A stretch of DNA of 64,000 nucleotides. It comes from Candidatus Poribacteria bacterium (GTDB taxonomy: Bacteria > Poribacteria > WGA-4E > WGA-3G). Each line of letters starts with the position of its first letter. Position 1 is the first letter of the stretch. Below the pieces are notes generated by a model. It was not told the origin of the DNA. It made no database searches and saw only the letters and a list, made by a program, of their open reading frames with translations. The stretch covers positions 4,769,178 through 4,833,177 of the forward strand of contig OZ244048.1 in NCBI GenBank assembly GCA_965215265.1, given 5' to 3'. Shown here piece by piece: positions 21,083 through 31,100 of this stretch. A program made the translations under genes and the position numbers.

Positions 21083-21374
21083 TTCCTCTCAAAAATTCGG
21101 AGCCAAACAGACTCCCAGCTCTAGTATGAACCTTGATTAACCACTTTTTTTAGACATATTCGTAGATACTATGGCATAACATCGCAATTTTGTCAAAATT
21201 TTGTCAAAGGTTTCGTTATTCTAGCGTCATCTCATTTTCGACATTCGAGTGTTCTCGCATCTACGATAATTTCGCTGATCTTTATCTCCTTAATCCAACT
21301 GCCCAACCCTCGCAATAGAAATTGACATGAGAACGCGAATCGTAGAACGCTTTTAACTCTGAACACTTCCGATT

Positions 21375-22412
21375 CTAATGCATCTCAATTGAGAGAATAT
21401 AACTCAGAATTGTCACTAGAAGCCACGTCCCGACTAACACGAACCCAAATGGGCGTTTCAATTGCGTCCCGGAGACGAAGAGCCCGACCCGGAAAACAAT
21501 CAGGATAAACAGCATCGCCGGAAATAGGAATTGGAAAAACTGCCCATCTGCCTTTAAGCCTCCTTGCGTGGCAGCCGTTGAAACCCCTGCAACAAAGAGA
21601 ACGTTTAGAATATCTGCCCCGATAATGTTACCAACGGCTAATTCGCCATGCCCGCGCCGCACCGCCGTAATCGCCGTCACCAATTCCGGAAGGGACGTGC
21701 CGAACGCAACCAACGTAGCAGAGATGATGTGTTGTGGTACCCCTATTCTTTCCGCTAATAGGCTTACAGCCGGAATCAGAATTTGGGCCGAGATAACAAT
21801 AATTGCAATCGCAAGAATCAATTTAACGAGCGTAACAAACGCACTCGATGCCTCAGCATCTGTCTCTGCTTCACTCTCCGCATTTGCACCGATTGACCTT
21901 GCCCATCGGATCGACTGCCAGACATAAAGCCCCAACAAAACTACAAAAACGAACCCAATTAATTGCGGGAACGCCCCGCCTTCACTAAAAACCTTCGCCG
22001 GCGATGTCCAAGGGAAGCATCCAAGCACCAACAGAATTCCCGCCCCGACCTGCACGTTTGACAACTTTGAAGCTAACGCCCTATTGAACTGTAACGGGGC
22101 GATTAGCGATGCAAGACCGAGGATAAGCCCCGTGTCACAAATAATCGAACCGACCGCGTTCCCGAGCGCGAGCCCCGGACGGCCCTGAATCGCTGAAAGC
22201 ACGGAGACAGCCGCCTCCGGTGTCGTTGTACCGATGCTGACAATTGTCGCACCAATAACCGCTTTTCCTAAACCCCATCGGCTTGATAGGACAACCGCCT
22301 CATCAACAAGCCAATCCGCACCCTTTCCTAATGTATAAAGTGTTACCACAATCATAATTAACAGAAACGGACTGGCTAAACCCTCAATCAATTTTGTAAT
22401 CCATTCTTCCAT
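21375..22412 (-). CDS. Na+/Ca2+ antiporter (CaCA/YrbG family)
   Basis: Two alpha repeats: GTTTPE...GNAVGS and GTSLPE...GNIIGA. Confidence 0.92.
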   Translation of the reverse strand: MEEWITKLIEGLASPFLLIMIVVTLYTLGKGADWLVDEAVVLSSRWGLGKAVIGATIVSIGTTTPEAAVSVLSAIQGRPGLALGNAVGSIICDTGLILGLASLIAPLQFNRALASKLSNVQVGAGILLVLGCFPWTSPAKVFSEGGAFPQLIGFVFVVLLGLYVWQSIRWARSIGANAESEAETDAEASSAFVTLVKLILAIAIIVISAQILIPAVSLLAERIGVPQHIISATLVAFGTSLPELVTAITAVRRGHGELAVGNIIGADILNVLFVAGVSTAATQGGLKADGQFFQFLFPAMLFILIVFRVGLFVSGTQLKRPFGFVLVGTWLLVTILSYILSIEMH

Positions 22413-22727
22413 AAACTGTTCCTTTCAATTGCGCCATTTTAGATAAATAGATTACCATACATACCCAATAAAGTCAAACAGTTTTTAGTATATTTCAGCA
22501 CAGCAAAGACGGATTTGAGGATTCTGAGATTTAGATTCAATACATCGAATGGCTCTGGCGAGGGTTGTAAAGCACTAAACATTACAACTGCCTTTATTGG
22601 GCTAAAAGAGGCGAAAAAAGCGACGGATATCAAAAATAATTTGACATGCCGCGGCACGATGTGATATATTCTCAAACTCAGGTTACAATTCACAATTTAC
22701 AATAGATTTATTGAAAGACAATTAACT

Positions 22728-23702
22728 ATGGCCGTTAAAACACTATTTACAAAAGATGACTTTATAACGATCCTTTCAAAGTACCGCCTCGGAGATTTCA
22801 TCAGGTTTGAACCGCTTGTAGCTGGCACAGTGCAGACAAATTTCTTATTGCAGACGACACAGGGCACGTTTGTATTTCGCTACTACGAAAACCGCTCAAA
22901 AAAGTCAGTGCAGTTTGAAAGCAGTTTGATGAAGTATTTACATCAGAAGCGTTATCCATGTCCTGCTCAGTTTAAGAATAAGGATGGCGTATATGTCGGC
23001 GGATATAAAAGAAAGCCTTTCGTGATTTTTGAATTTGTGGCAGGAGAACATATACCAAATCCTAATCACGAACAGAAACAGCAGCTTATACAAAAAGTTG
23101 CCCAACTTCATCACCTTACTCAAGGGTTTCAACCCAGAAATATAGATAAGCGATTGAATTATACAGTTGAAAATTGCAGAAATCTCGCACATAAACAAGC
23201 AAAAAGTGTTGGAACGATAGATGCACAAGCGAAGTTGAAATGGTTCGAAAATGAATTAATCACGTTGTCTTTACCGGCAGCTTTACCCAGAGGGGTTTGT
23301 CACTGTGACTTTCATTCCTCCAATGTGCTTTTTAAAAACGGTGAATTCAAGGCACTTATAGATTTTGATGATGCTAACTATACATACCTGAGCTATGATT
23401 TGGCTGCATTACTGAATCCTTTTGTTCGTTCTTTTAAATGGGATACGTGGTTTAATTTTGGAAAAGATGAGGATATTTTTGACTTTGGAGAAGCGCAAGA
23501 AACAGTCGCGGAGTATATAAAGCATAGAGTACTCAGTAGCGTAGAGAAGGAACATCTGTTTGATGTATTTAAACTGAGCATTATGTTTGATTGCGTTTGG
23601 TACTACGACAGAGGGGATGCAGAAGACTTTTTTGAAAAGAGAAAAATCGATGCCTTGAACTCGCTTGGACGAAAACCGTTTTATAATTTGGTATTTTTCT
23701 GA
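22728..23702 (+). CDS. Homoserine kinase type II / APH-family phosphotransferase
   Basis: LPRGVCHCDFHSSNVLF, LIDFD. Confidence 0.8.
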   Translation: MAVKTLFTKDDFITILSKYRLGDFIRFEPLVAGTVQTNFLLQTTQGTFVFRYYENRSKKSVQFESSLMKYLHQKRYPCPAQFKNKDGVYVGGYKRKPFVIFEFVAGEHIPNPNHEQKQQLIQKVAQLHHLTQGFQPRNIDKRLNYTVENCRNLAHKQAKSVGTIDAQAKLKWFENELITLSLPAALPRGVCHCDFHSSNVLFKNGEFKALIDFDDANYTYLSYDLAALLNPFVRSFKWDTWFNFGKDEDIFDFGEAQETVAEYIKHRVLSSVEKEHLFDVFKLSIMFDCVWYYDRGDAEDFFEKRKIDALNSLGRKPFYNLVFF

Positions 23703-23868
23703 GGAATTCACTTTTTTGTCTATTTGAGTCCATCAACGTCTGATGTTTTGATAACCCTTGTACAAATCTCGCCAGAGCCTATCTCTGTTTTGCATTGTCT
23801 TATGCGCTGAAAGAGACCAAAAAACCGTCGGTGACGTGCTGAAAGAGACGAAAAATCTGAAAAAAGAC

Positions 23869-23897
23869 TTGACAAAAAACGTTGATTGTGTTATACT
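23869..23897 (+). promoter_or_regulatory. Strong sigma-70 promoter heading the accessory island; second candidate TTGACA-18-TAAACT at 23932-23961
   Basis: TTGACA-17-TATACT with extended -10 TG and A-tract UP-like sequence. Confidence 0.75.
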
Positions 23898-23998
23898 ATA
23901 AAATACGCTTTGAGTCAGGCAAAAAGAAAGTTTGACAAAAAGTGTTGGTTTCTAATAAACTGCATTCACTAGAATCAGAACAAGGGAAAATAGAACAG

Positions 23999-24139
23999 AT
24001 GAAACACCGAGAGTCCGTTTACCCCATAAGCAGAGTGCCTGGCCCCGTGTTGCGGGTTTGTAGTTTTGGCACGAACGCGTGCGTATGCCGTGCTGTCGTG
24101 TGTTTTAAGTCCCAGTTAAGACGATTGACCCCCCCCTAA
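23999..24139 (+). CDS. Putative 46-aa leader peptide ending in a C8 tract
   Basis: AAGGGA before ATG 23999; MKHRESVYP...RRLTPP*; lies between promoter and terminator. Confidence 0.35.
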   Translation: MKHRESVYPISRVPGPVLRVCSFGTNACVCRAVVCFKSQLRRLTPP

Positions 24140-24208
24140 CTTCAAGTACGTTAACCCTTTTATTAACTCAGGCAGCATCTACATCAACCTTCGTTGCTGC
24201 TTTCTCAC

Positions 24209-24258
24209 GCCTGCACGCCTCCCGTCTCGGACGGTGGAGGCCGTTGCAGGCTTTTTTT
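24209..24258 (+). terminator. Intrinsic terminator/attenuator hairpin in the leader of the lectin gene
   Basis: GCCTGCA..GCCTCC..CGTC/GACG..GGAGGC..TGCAGGC followed by T7. Confidence 0.7.
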
Positions 24259-24616
24259 CTGATGCATGCGGCGTTCAGTTGCAGGGCCCCCGGGCACCTG
24301 CGTGCGGACCCAGTTGGCTTATGCCAACGGTGCCGGTATGCCAGTCGCCTCAACTCCTTACCTGATAACACAAGTGCACTCACTCCTTCTTCTGTCTTTC
24401 GCGCGTTTATGAAAGACAGCCATAAGTGCACTTATGTTAACTTCTCCGTGTTTGGGCGGGGTTCCGGCTGCCTCTGTGCGCCGACCCGCCCGCCATCAAA
24501 CCGATAACTCTTTATGAACCTAACCGGTGCGATAACCGCATCGACAACGGACACATTGTCCGAAAGGATATTTTGAAATGAAAGATTGGAAGAACGCGAA
24601 AAAAGGCATCGTGGTA

Positions 24617-26058
24617 ATGAATAGAAAGTTTGTATCGATTTTGAGCGTGTTGTTTGCGGCGGTCCTCTGCGTTTCCATAGCGGGCTGTGAACGTATAAAT
24701 AAACCTGCGATGGATGTAGTAGTGCCACCGGCCGACGAAACCCCGGAGCCGGTTAATGGTTTACTTACCGAGCTATATATTCCCGGTGGCGTGCTTAAGA
24801 GGCTACCAGATTTCGACACGATAACGCCGGTTCGAACTTTGACCGCAGCGAATATAGATTTTCCTACGAGAGATTATACACAAGGCATTCCTGAACTGGG
24901 AATAGCTCTGCGTGAAGATTTCGCGATTCGGTTTCGCGGGCGGCTGATGGTTGAAACCGCCGGCAGCCACAACTTTAAAATTCGTTCCGATGATGGTGCT
25001 CAGTTATATATCAATGGAGGGCTTATCGTAGATAATGATGGGCTTCAAGGTTCGACAACTGCACAAGGGAGCGCGAGGCTCACGACAGGATTGCACGATG
25101 TCGAAATTCGGTATTTCCAAGGCCCCCTTTTCCAGCTAGGGCTGCAATGGTTTTGGGAGCCTCCCGGAGGGCCAGAACAGATTGTTCCACCAGAAGTGCT
25201 TTATGCGCCCGGTGATGACACAGTAGTGCCGCCCGTAGCGCCGCTGGTCGTAGACACTACGCCGCCGCCAGTCACCACCGCGCCGCCCGCAGGCATGGCA
25301 CTCATCCCCGCTGGCGACTTCCAGATGGGCAGTGAGGATGCTGATGCCCGGGATGACGAGCAGCCTGTGCATACAGTGCATGTGGACGCGTTCTATATGG
25401 ACACGCACGAAGTGACGAACGCCGAGTATAAAAGTTTTGTGCTGGCAAACCCCGAGTGGCAGAAGACGCGGATTCCGGATGCACTCCACAATGGTAATTA
25501 TCTAAACCATTGGGACGGTAATAACTATCCAGTGGGTAAGGGGGACCATCCTGTGATGAATGTGTCGTGGTATGGTGCGATGGCGTATGCTGCGTGGGCA
25601 GGGAAGCGTCTTCCAACGGAGGCGGAGTGGGAGAAAGCGGCACGCGGTGGGTTAGTAGGTAAGAGATACCCGTGGGGGGACACGATAACGCCGAACGATG
25701 CGAACTACGGTAATAATGTAGGCGGTACAACGGCTGTGGGGAGTTATGCTGCGAACGGATATGGGCTATATGACATGGCCGGCAACGTGTGGGAGTGGTG
25801 TCTTGATGAGTGGGATGCGAATTTCTATGCTAATTCTCCATCTCGGAATCCGTTGAGTGGGGTGAGTGGCGGAACGATAGCGAATGTGGATGAGATTGTA
25901 GATAACTACACAAATGTTACCTATTCTCGCGTGTTGCGCGGCGGTGGCTGGAACAATAATACACGCTACCTGCGCGCCGCTAATCGCTGCGGGAGTGCAC
26001 CAACGTTCACGACGACTTCCTCTACGGGTTCCGGTGTGCGAGGGCTGTTACTCCTTAA
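24617..26058 (+). CDS. Lipoprotein with PA14 domain and non-catalytic FGE-sulfatase (C-type lectin fold) domain; probable DGR target; frameshifted near 26010 (as sequenced reads to 26128)
   Basis: Lipobox IAGC; PA14 SDDGAQLYING; FGE motifs FQMGS, RLPTEAEWEKAARGG, NGYGLYDMAGNVWEWC, RVLRGG; canonical GFRCARAVTP* end lies in the -1 frame. Confidence 0.85.
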
Positions 26059-26079
26059 ATCTTTACCCCTTTACCCCTT

Positions 26080-26099
26080 CCGATCTGCGTGCAGATCGG
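26080..26099. other. Perfect GC-rich hairpin/cruciform downstream of the putative variable repeat
   Basis: CCGATCTGC-GT-GCAGATCGG, preceded by CTTTACCCCTTTACCCCTT; no U tail. Confidence 0.7.
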
Positions 26100-26263
26100 G
26101 TCGGCATAATTTATTAACTAATAGTTAAAAAAGCGTTATAAATAGGGTAAAATATTAACTATCTGTTAATTATCTGCTTATTTTTTGCTTGGTGCGTGCT
26201 GAACCCGGTTCGGTTTTGTGCTGGGCCAAACCGTATCTTGTCCGGCTCGTTTTATGCGCAGCG

Positions 26264-26414
26264 AAAGATAAAAGCAGAGGTGTGATGGTGAGTCGGCCGT
26301 GTGCCGAATGCTATCACACCTCTTTCTCTTTTTTCTCAGCCTGATTTATCTCTGCTTGAAAATGATTCCCTGATGTGTTATCATAAATAAAAAGTATAAG
26401 TTTTGAGAAAAAAG
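26264..26414 (+). repeat. Direct repeat copy 1 (hairpin plus promoter) upstream of rpn
   Basis: Near-identical to 27706-27873; AGAGGTGTGATGG...CTATCACACCTCT hairpin; TTGAAA-17-TATCAT. Confidence 0.9.
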
Positions 26415-26447
26415 CACTTGACAACTGATACGTTTTAGGAGTCTAAT

Positions 26448-27572
26448 ATGCAGAAGAAGGACATCCACGACTTTTTGTCCGAGATGTCTGTTTCGAACTT
26501 TTCGGATCGGAGCATACGCCGTTTATTAGAAAATACGGAAAACGTCCGGGGCTTGTTAGAAATCGTGTCGGCAGAACTCGCCGAACTGATTGACTTTGAG
26601 CATCTGGTTCTAATCAATAGGAGCCTGCTGCCCGCCACTCTCCGAGAACAAGAGGCAGACATTGTATATCGGGTGCCCTTCAAAAGTGATGGTGATGAGG
26701 GTGCGGCAGAGCTGCTCCTCTATCTGCTGATTGAACATCAATCGACGGTAGATGCGACGATGGGATTTCGTGTGCTTTTCTACATGATGCTAATTTGGGA
26801 CGCAGAGCGGCGGCGGTGGGCGGCAGAGAAGATGCCGAGAAGAGAGCGTGTATTGCCGCCGATTCTGCCCGTGGTGTTTTACACGGGGGAGCGGCGGTGG
26901 GAGAAGCCTCTGACACTTGAGGCGATGATGAATCTGCCTGCGGCGCTCTCTCGATTCGTTCCGAGATTTGACATCCTGTTTCTGAATCTGACAGGCACAG
27001 ACAAGGCGACGCTGACAGAGGCGGCGCATCCATTCGGGTGGCTGATGAGAGTGCTGCAACAAGGAGATGCGGACAAAGCGTCTATAAGCCGTGCCTTAGT
27101 GGAGACGTTGACGCAGTTGGCGGCGCTTGATGCGGCGGATTCGGGGCAGCGTAGGGAAGCGATAATGTATCTGGTATCGCTGATTGTGCATCGGCGTTCA
27201 AAGGAAGAGCAAGAAGAGTTGATAGAGCTGGTAGCCCGGCATACGAGTGACATGGAGGTAGCACCGATGGCAGAGACAATGGCCGAATTCCTCTTAGAAC
27301 GAGGCATAGCACAAGGCATAGAACGAGGCATAGAACAAGGGCGAGAAGAAGGGCGAGAAGAAGGGCGAGAAGAAGGGATTGAGCGAGGGGCGTGCCAGAA
27401 TGCTATCAAAAATATAACCGCCGTCCTCAATGCGCGATTCCCTCATTGTGACATACACACTGCCACGCAGAAACTCGAAACGCTTTCTGACCTCGAACAC
27501 CTCGAGCACCTGCTGCTGACAGCCGTCAAAGCCGATAGCTTTCAAGCATTCCTACAGGCTTTAGAACTATAG
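26448..27572 (+). CDS. Rpn/YhgA-like recombination-promoting nuclease (PD-(D/E)XK)
   Basis: ADIVYRV...LLIEHQS, PILPVVFYTGERRW, C-terminal (E/G/R/I) 4-aa repeats. Confidence 0.88.
   Translation: MQKKDIHDFLSEMSVSNFSDRSIRRLLENTENVRGLLEIVSAELAELIDFEHLVLINRSLLPATLREQEADIVYRVPFKSDGDEGAAELLLYLLIEHQSTVDATMGFRVLFYMMLIWDAERRRWAAEKMPRRERVLPPILPVVFYTGERRWEKPLTLEAMMNLPAALSRFVPRFDILFLNLTGTDKATLTEAAHPFGWLMRVLQQGDADKASISRALVETLTQLAALDAADSGQRREAIMYLVSLIVHRRSKEEQEELIELVARHTSDMEVAPMAETMAEFLLERGIAQGIERGIEQGREEGREEGREEGIERGACQNAIKNITAVLNARFPHCDIHTATQKLETLSDLEHLEHLLLTAVKADSFQAFLQALEL
27267..27572 (+). CDS. Putative in-frame internal small protein (RpnS-like antitoxin), 101 aa
   Basis: GGAGGT at 27254-27259 then ATG 27267 in frame (MAETMAEFLLERG). 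Confidence 0.6.
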   Translation: MAETMAEFLLERGIAQGIERGIEQGREEGREEGREEGIERGACQNAIKNITAVLNARFPHCDIHTATQKLETLSDLEHLEHLLLTAVKADSFQAFLQALEL

Positions 27573-27705
27573 AAACGCATGCACCGAACGCCATGGCCGG
27601 CACCGGGCTGCTCTTGTCGGGGTGTCAGGTAGGAACCCTACCGTTATTATGCCCTCTGACAAGCGGAGCATGGAAGGTTGCGTACTATACCGTGTGAGAT
27701 GAACT

Positions 27706-27873
27706 AAAGATAAAAGCAGAGGTGTGATGGTGAGTAGGCCGTGTGCCAAATGCCATCACACCTCTTTCTCTTTCAGGCGATACCGATTTCTCCGCCTGAT
27801 TTGTTTATCTTTGCTTGAAAATGATTCCTTGATGTGTTATTATAAATAAAAAGTAGGAGTTTTGAGAAAAAAG
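27706..27873 (+). repeat. Direct repeat copy 2 downstream of rpn
   Basis: Matches 26264-26414 with a few substitutions and small insertions; TTGAAA-17-TATTAT. Confidence 0.9.
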
Positions 27874-28131
27874 TGACGGCTAAAAGAGAATTGCATGTCC
27901 TGCTCGCTCCAGTCACGGTTCACACTGTCCAACTTCCTGGGAAGAATGGCAGGCACAATGGGAAGATAGCCTACACAAAGGTAGATTTATTTAAGGAATC
28001 GCGGGAGGCTGGACTTCTAGGCGAAATGTATGGAAATCGCGGGACGGATATAGTATACTAGGTCTTTATGCCCCGGCCGCCGGGCGTTTTACACAAAGTT
28101 GACCGAATCGCTTTAATCAACGAGAAATACA

Positions 28132-31100
28132 ATGCAACTGCCATTCTCTGAGCAACAGCGAAAAGATATTGAAACCCTTCTCCTTGACAACTCTGACAAG
28201 GAAGCCATCTATCGGCATTTACACCACCTTGCCGGAGACGATGTACACATCCAGAAACCGTTTGCTGATATTGTTGTTAGGTTGTTAACCGCAGCATTAA
28301 ACACCCCCAACCCAGAATCTGCGTTAAATCACTTTTTCCGTTTTGTCGAAGGCTCATTTAATCGGCGGTGGCTGTATCAGTTATTGCATGACGCACCTTT
28401 TCTCATTGATGGTGTGATGCTGAGTTTCGGGGCATCTTCCTATCTCTCGGATATCCTGATTCGTACGCCGTACTATTTTTATGATATTATTGATGCCCAT
28501 GTGATGACGGTTCCTAAGACATCTGTTCAGATGTATCAAGAGCTGGTGACATCACTGGCGCGATACGGCTCAGTAGAGCAGAAACTTCGCGTGCTCCGCC
28601 GTTATAAGCGGCGCGAAAGCCTTCGGATCGGATTACGTGACCTGTTTGAGGCGGCAGACCTGGAGACGACAACCTTAGAACTCAGCAATCTTGCTGAAGC
28701 CACGTTGCAGCACTGTTATGAAATTGGCAGTGAGGAGGTAATGATACCGAAAAGCGGTACACCGCTGGATGAGGCAGGCACAGGACCCTGCAAATTCGCA
28801 ATCATCGGAATGGGAAAGTTGGGGGGCTACGAGCTTAACTTCAGTTCCGACATTGATGTGATGTTTGTCTATTCAGATGAAGGGCAAACCGATAAGGGTG
28901 TCCCGAACCGAGAGTATTTCTCGCAGCTATGCGAGTTTCTTATTAAGGCGATGAGTGAGGTGACAGCAGATGGGTACGTCTTTCGCGTCGATATCCGTTT
29001 ACGGCCGGAGAGCAGTGCGGGTGTGATTATTCGCTCTATGGAAAGTTACGAAAGTTACTACGAAGGTTGGGGCGATTTGTGGGAACGGCAGGCGTTAATC
29101 AAAGCGCGGCCCGTTGCTGGAGATATGACGTTGGGTGACGCGTTCATCCGCATGATTCATCCGTTTGTGTATCAACGCTATTTAGATGGTGTCACACTGA
29201 GTGAGATTAAAGCGGATATCCGTAGTACAAAAGCACGCATAGAGGAACGACTCGTTCGCGAAAAAGCCGACTTGCAGAAGCACGTTAAGCTTGGACCAGG
29301 TGGTATTCGCGATATTGAGTTTACCGTTCAGTGCCTTCAGATGATTCATGGGGGGCAGAGAAAGTCACTCTGTTCACAAAATACATTGGAGACACTCGCT
29401 GCCCTCAAGGCAAACAAACTGATGAATTCAGAAGAGACTGATGTGCTCTCAACAGCGTATAGGTTCTTACGAACAGTGGAGCACCGCATCCAAATTGAGG
29501 CGGATCGGCAGCTCTATAGTATTCCAGATAAGGAGCACGAAGAGTTACAACTTGCACGGCGTAGCGGATATAGGGATACCGAAGAAATGAATGCCGTGGA
29601 TGCCTTTCGAAAGGACTACCGTGCACATACCCAGTGCGTGCGTCACATCTTTGAAAAAGTTACCGCAACCTCGCTTCAACCGGACAACGAACTTGACATC
29701 CCCTTGCTCCTATCAGAAACTGCAACTGCGTCTCCGAAGCAATCGGCAAGGGACGCTTCGTACCCAAGCAGCCTTATCGCTTCCATTGACGAAAGCTTAC
29801 AATCGTTCGGGTTCGAAAATGTGAGGGAAGCACAACGGTTACTGAAAAGATTGGCGAACGGTGGCGATGGGGTGCAATTCTCTCCGGGGGTGCGCCGGAC
29901 GTTTTTTAAACTCGCACCGACTCTCCTCAATATCTTACGCGACTCTCCCAATCCGGACATGGCACTGCGATACCTTTCGGCATTTATGGATAAGGTAGGC
30001 GCGCGTAGCAGCTACTATACGATGTTTACTGAAAAGCCGACGACGCTTGAAGCCCTGGTCAATGTTTGTGGTACCAGTTTATACCTCGCTGAATTGCTCA
30101 TCGCGAGTCCTGAGCTCTTCGATCTGTTGACTGTGCCGACTTTAATTGAACGTCCTAAGACGCTCCGCGAAAAACAAGTGGAAGCCCGCCAATCGATTGC
30201 AGACGCACCTTCCGGCAAAATCCTGACAACGCTCCGCCGATATAAGAACGATGAAATCTGGCGTATCGCTTTGCGAAACATACTTGGGAACGCTTCGCTA
30301 CCGATGACAACTGCTGAGCTCTCTGACTTAGCCGAGGCTGTGTTGCAAACCATCTATCCGCAGGTCGCCGTGCAGCTAAGCCACGAACACGGCACCCCTC
30401 TCAGTCCAGATGGAATGCCAGTGACCTTCACAATTATTGCGCTCGGTAAGTTTGGCGGTCGTGAACTCAACTTCAGCTCGGATCTGGACATCATGTATGT
30501 CTACTCAGAGGATGGCGAGACGACTGAAGGATTGTCAAATGCTGACTATTTCTCCCAACTCGGTTTGGAATTGGTGAAGCAACTTGCGGGTGCTCAGGAG
30601 ATGAGTCTTTATGAACTCGATCTGCGGCTCCGTCCACATGGCAAAGGGGGCGCGATTGCCCTGCCACTGGCTGGTTACCAGCACTATTATAATAACACAG
30701 CACAAATTTGGGAACGCCAAGCCCTCACACGTGCCAGACCGGTCGCTGGGGACACGGGAGGCCTGGGTGCACGGTTTTTGGAAGTGGCACACGCCTTCAC
30801 TTACGGAAAACCGTTAACTTCGAAAGCCATTGCTGAGATTATGCATACGCGTAAACGAAAAGAGGTACAAGCGACACGGAGACGGGCCTCGCGGCGCAGA
30901 CGGTACGTGCGGAATAGGACTCCTATCGCAAATGTTAAATCAGGGTACGGCGGGCTTGTGGATATTGAATTTGTAGTGCAAACACTGCAACTCGTCTATG
31001 GTGCTACAGTACCTTCAATTCGCGTCCAAAACACACTCATCGCTATTGAAAAATTGCACGCTATTGGTGTCCTGACAGAAACAGAACAAGACCAGTTGAC

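Noticed and set aside
22560-22576. GGGTTGTAAAGCACT resembling a 16S rRNA segment
   Set aside because: Only ~15 nt, and the flanks do not resemble rRNA.
26448-27572. Calling rpn an IS transposase
   Set aside because: No terminal inverted repeats or target duplication; the Rpn family is not shown to transpose.
27873-28061. 62-aa ORF after repeat copy 2
   Set aside because: Starts at the repeat boundary and has no recognisable features; treated as an empty slot.
23900-28130. DGR template repeat or reverse transcriptase within the window
   Set aside because: No AAC-rich second copy of 25925-26060 and no RT ORF was found by eye on either strand; GGGGTTCCGGCTG near 24457 is too short to count.
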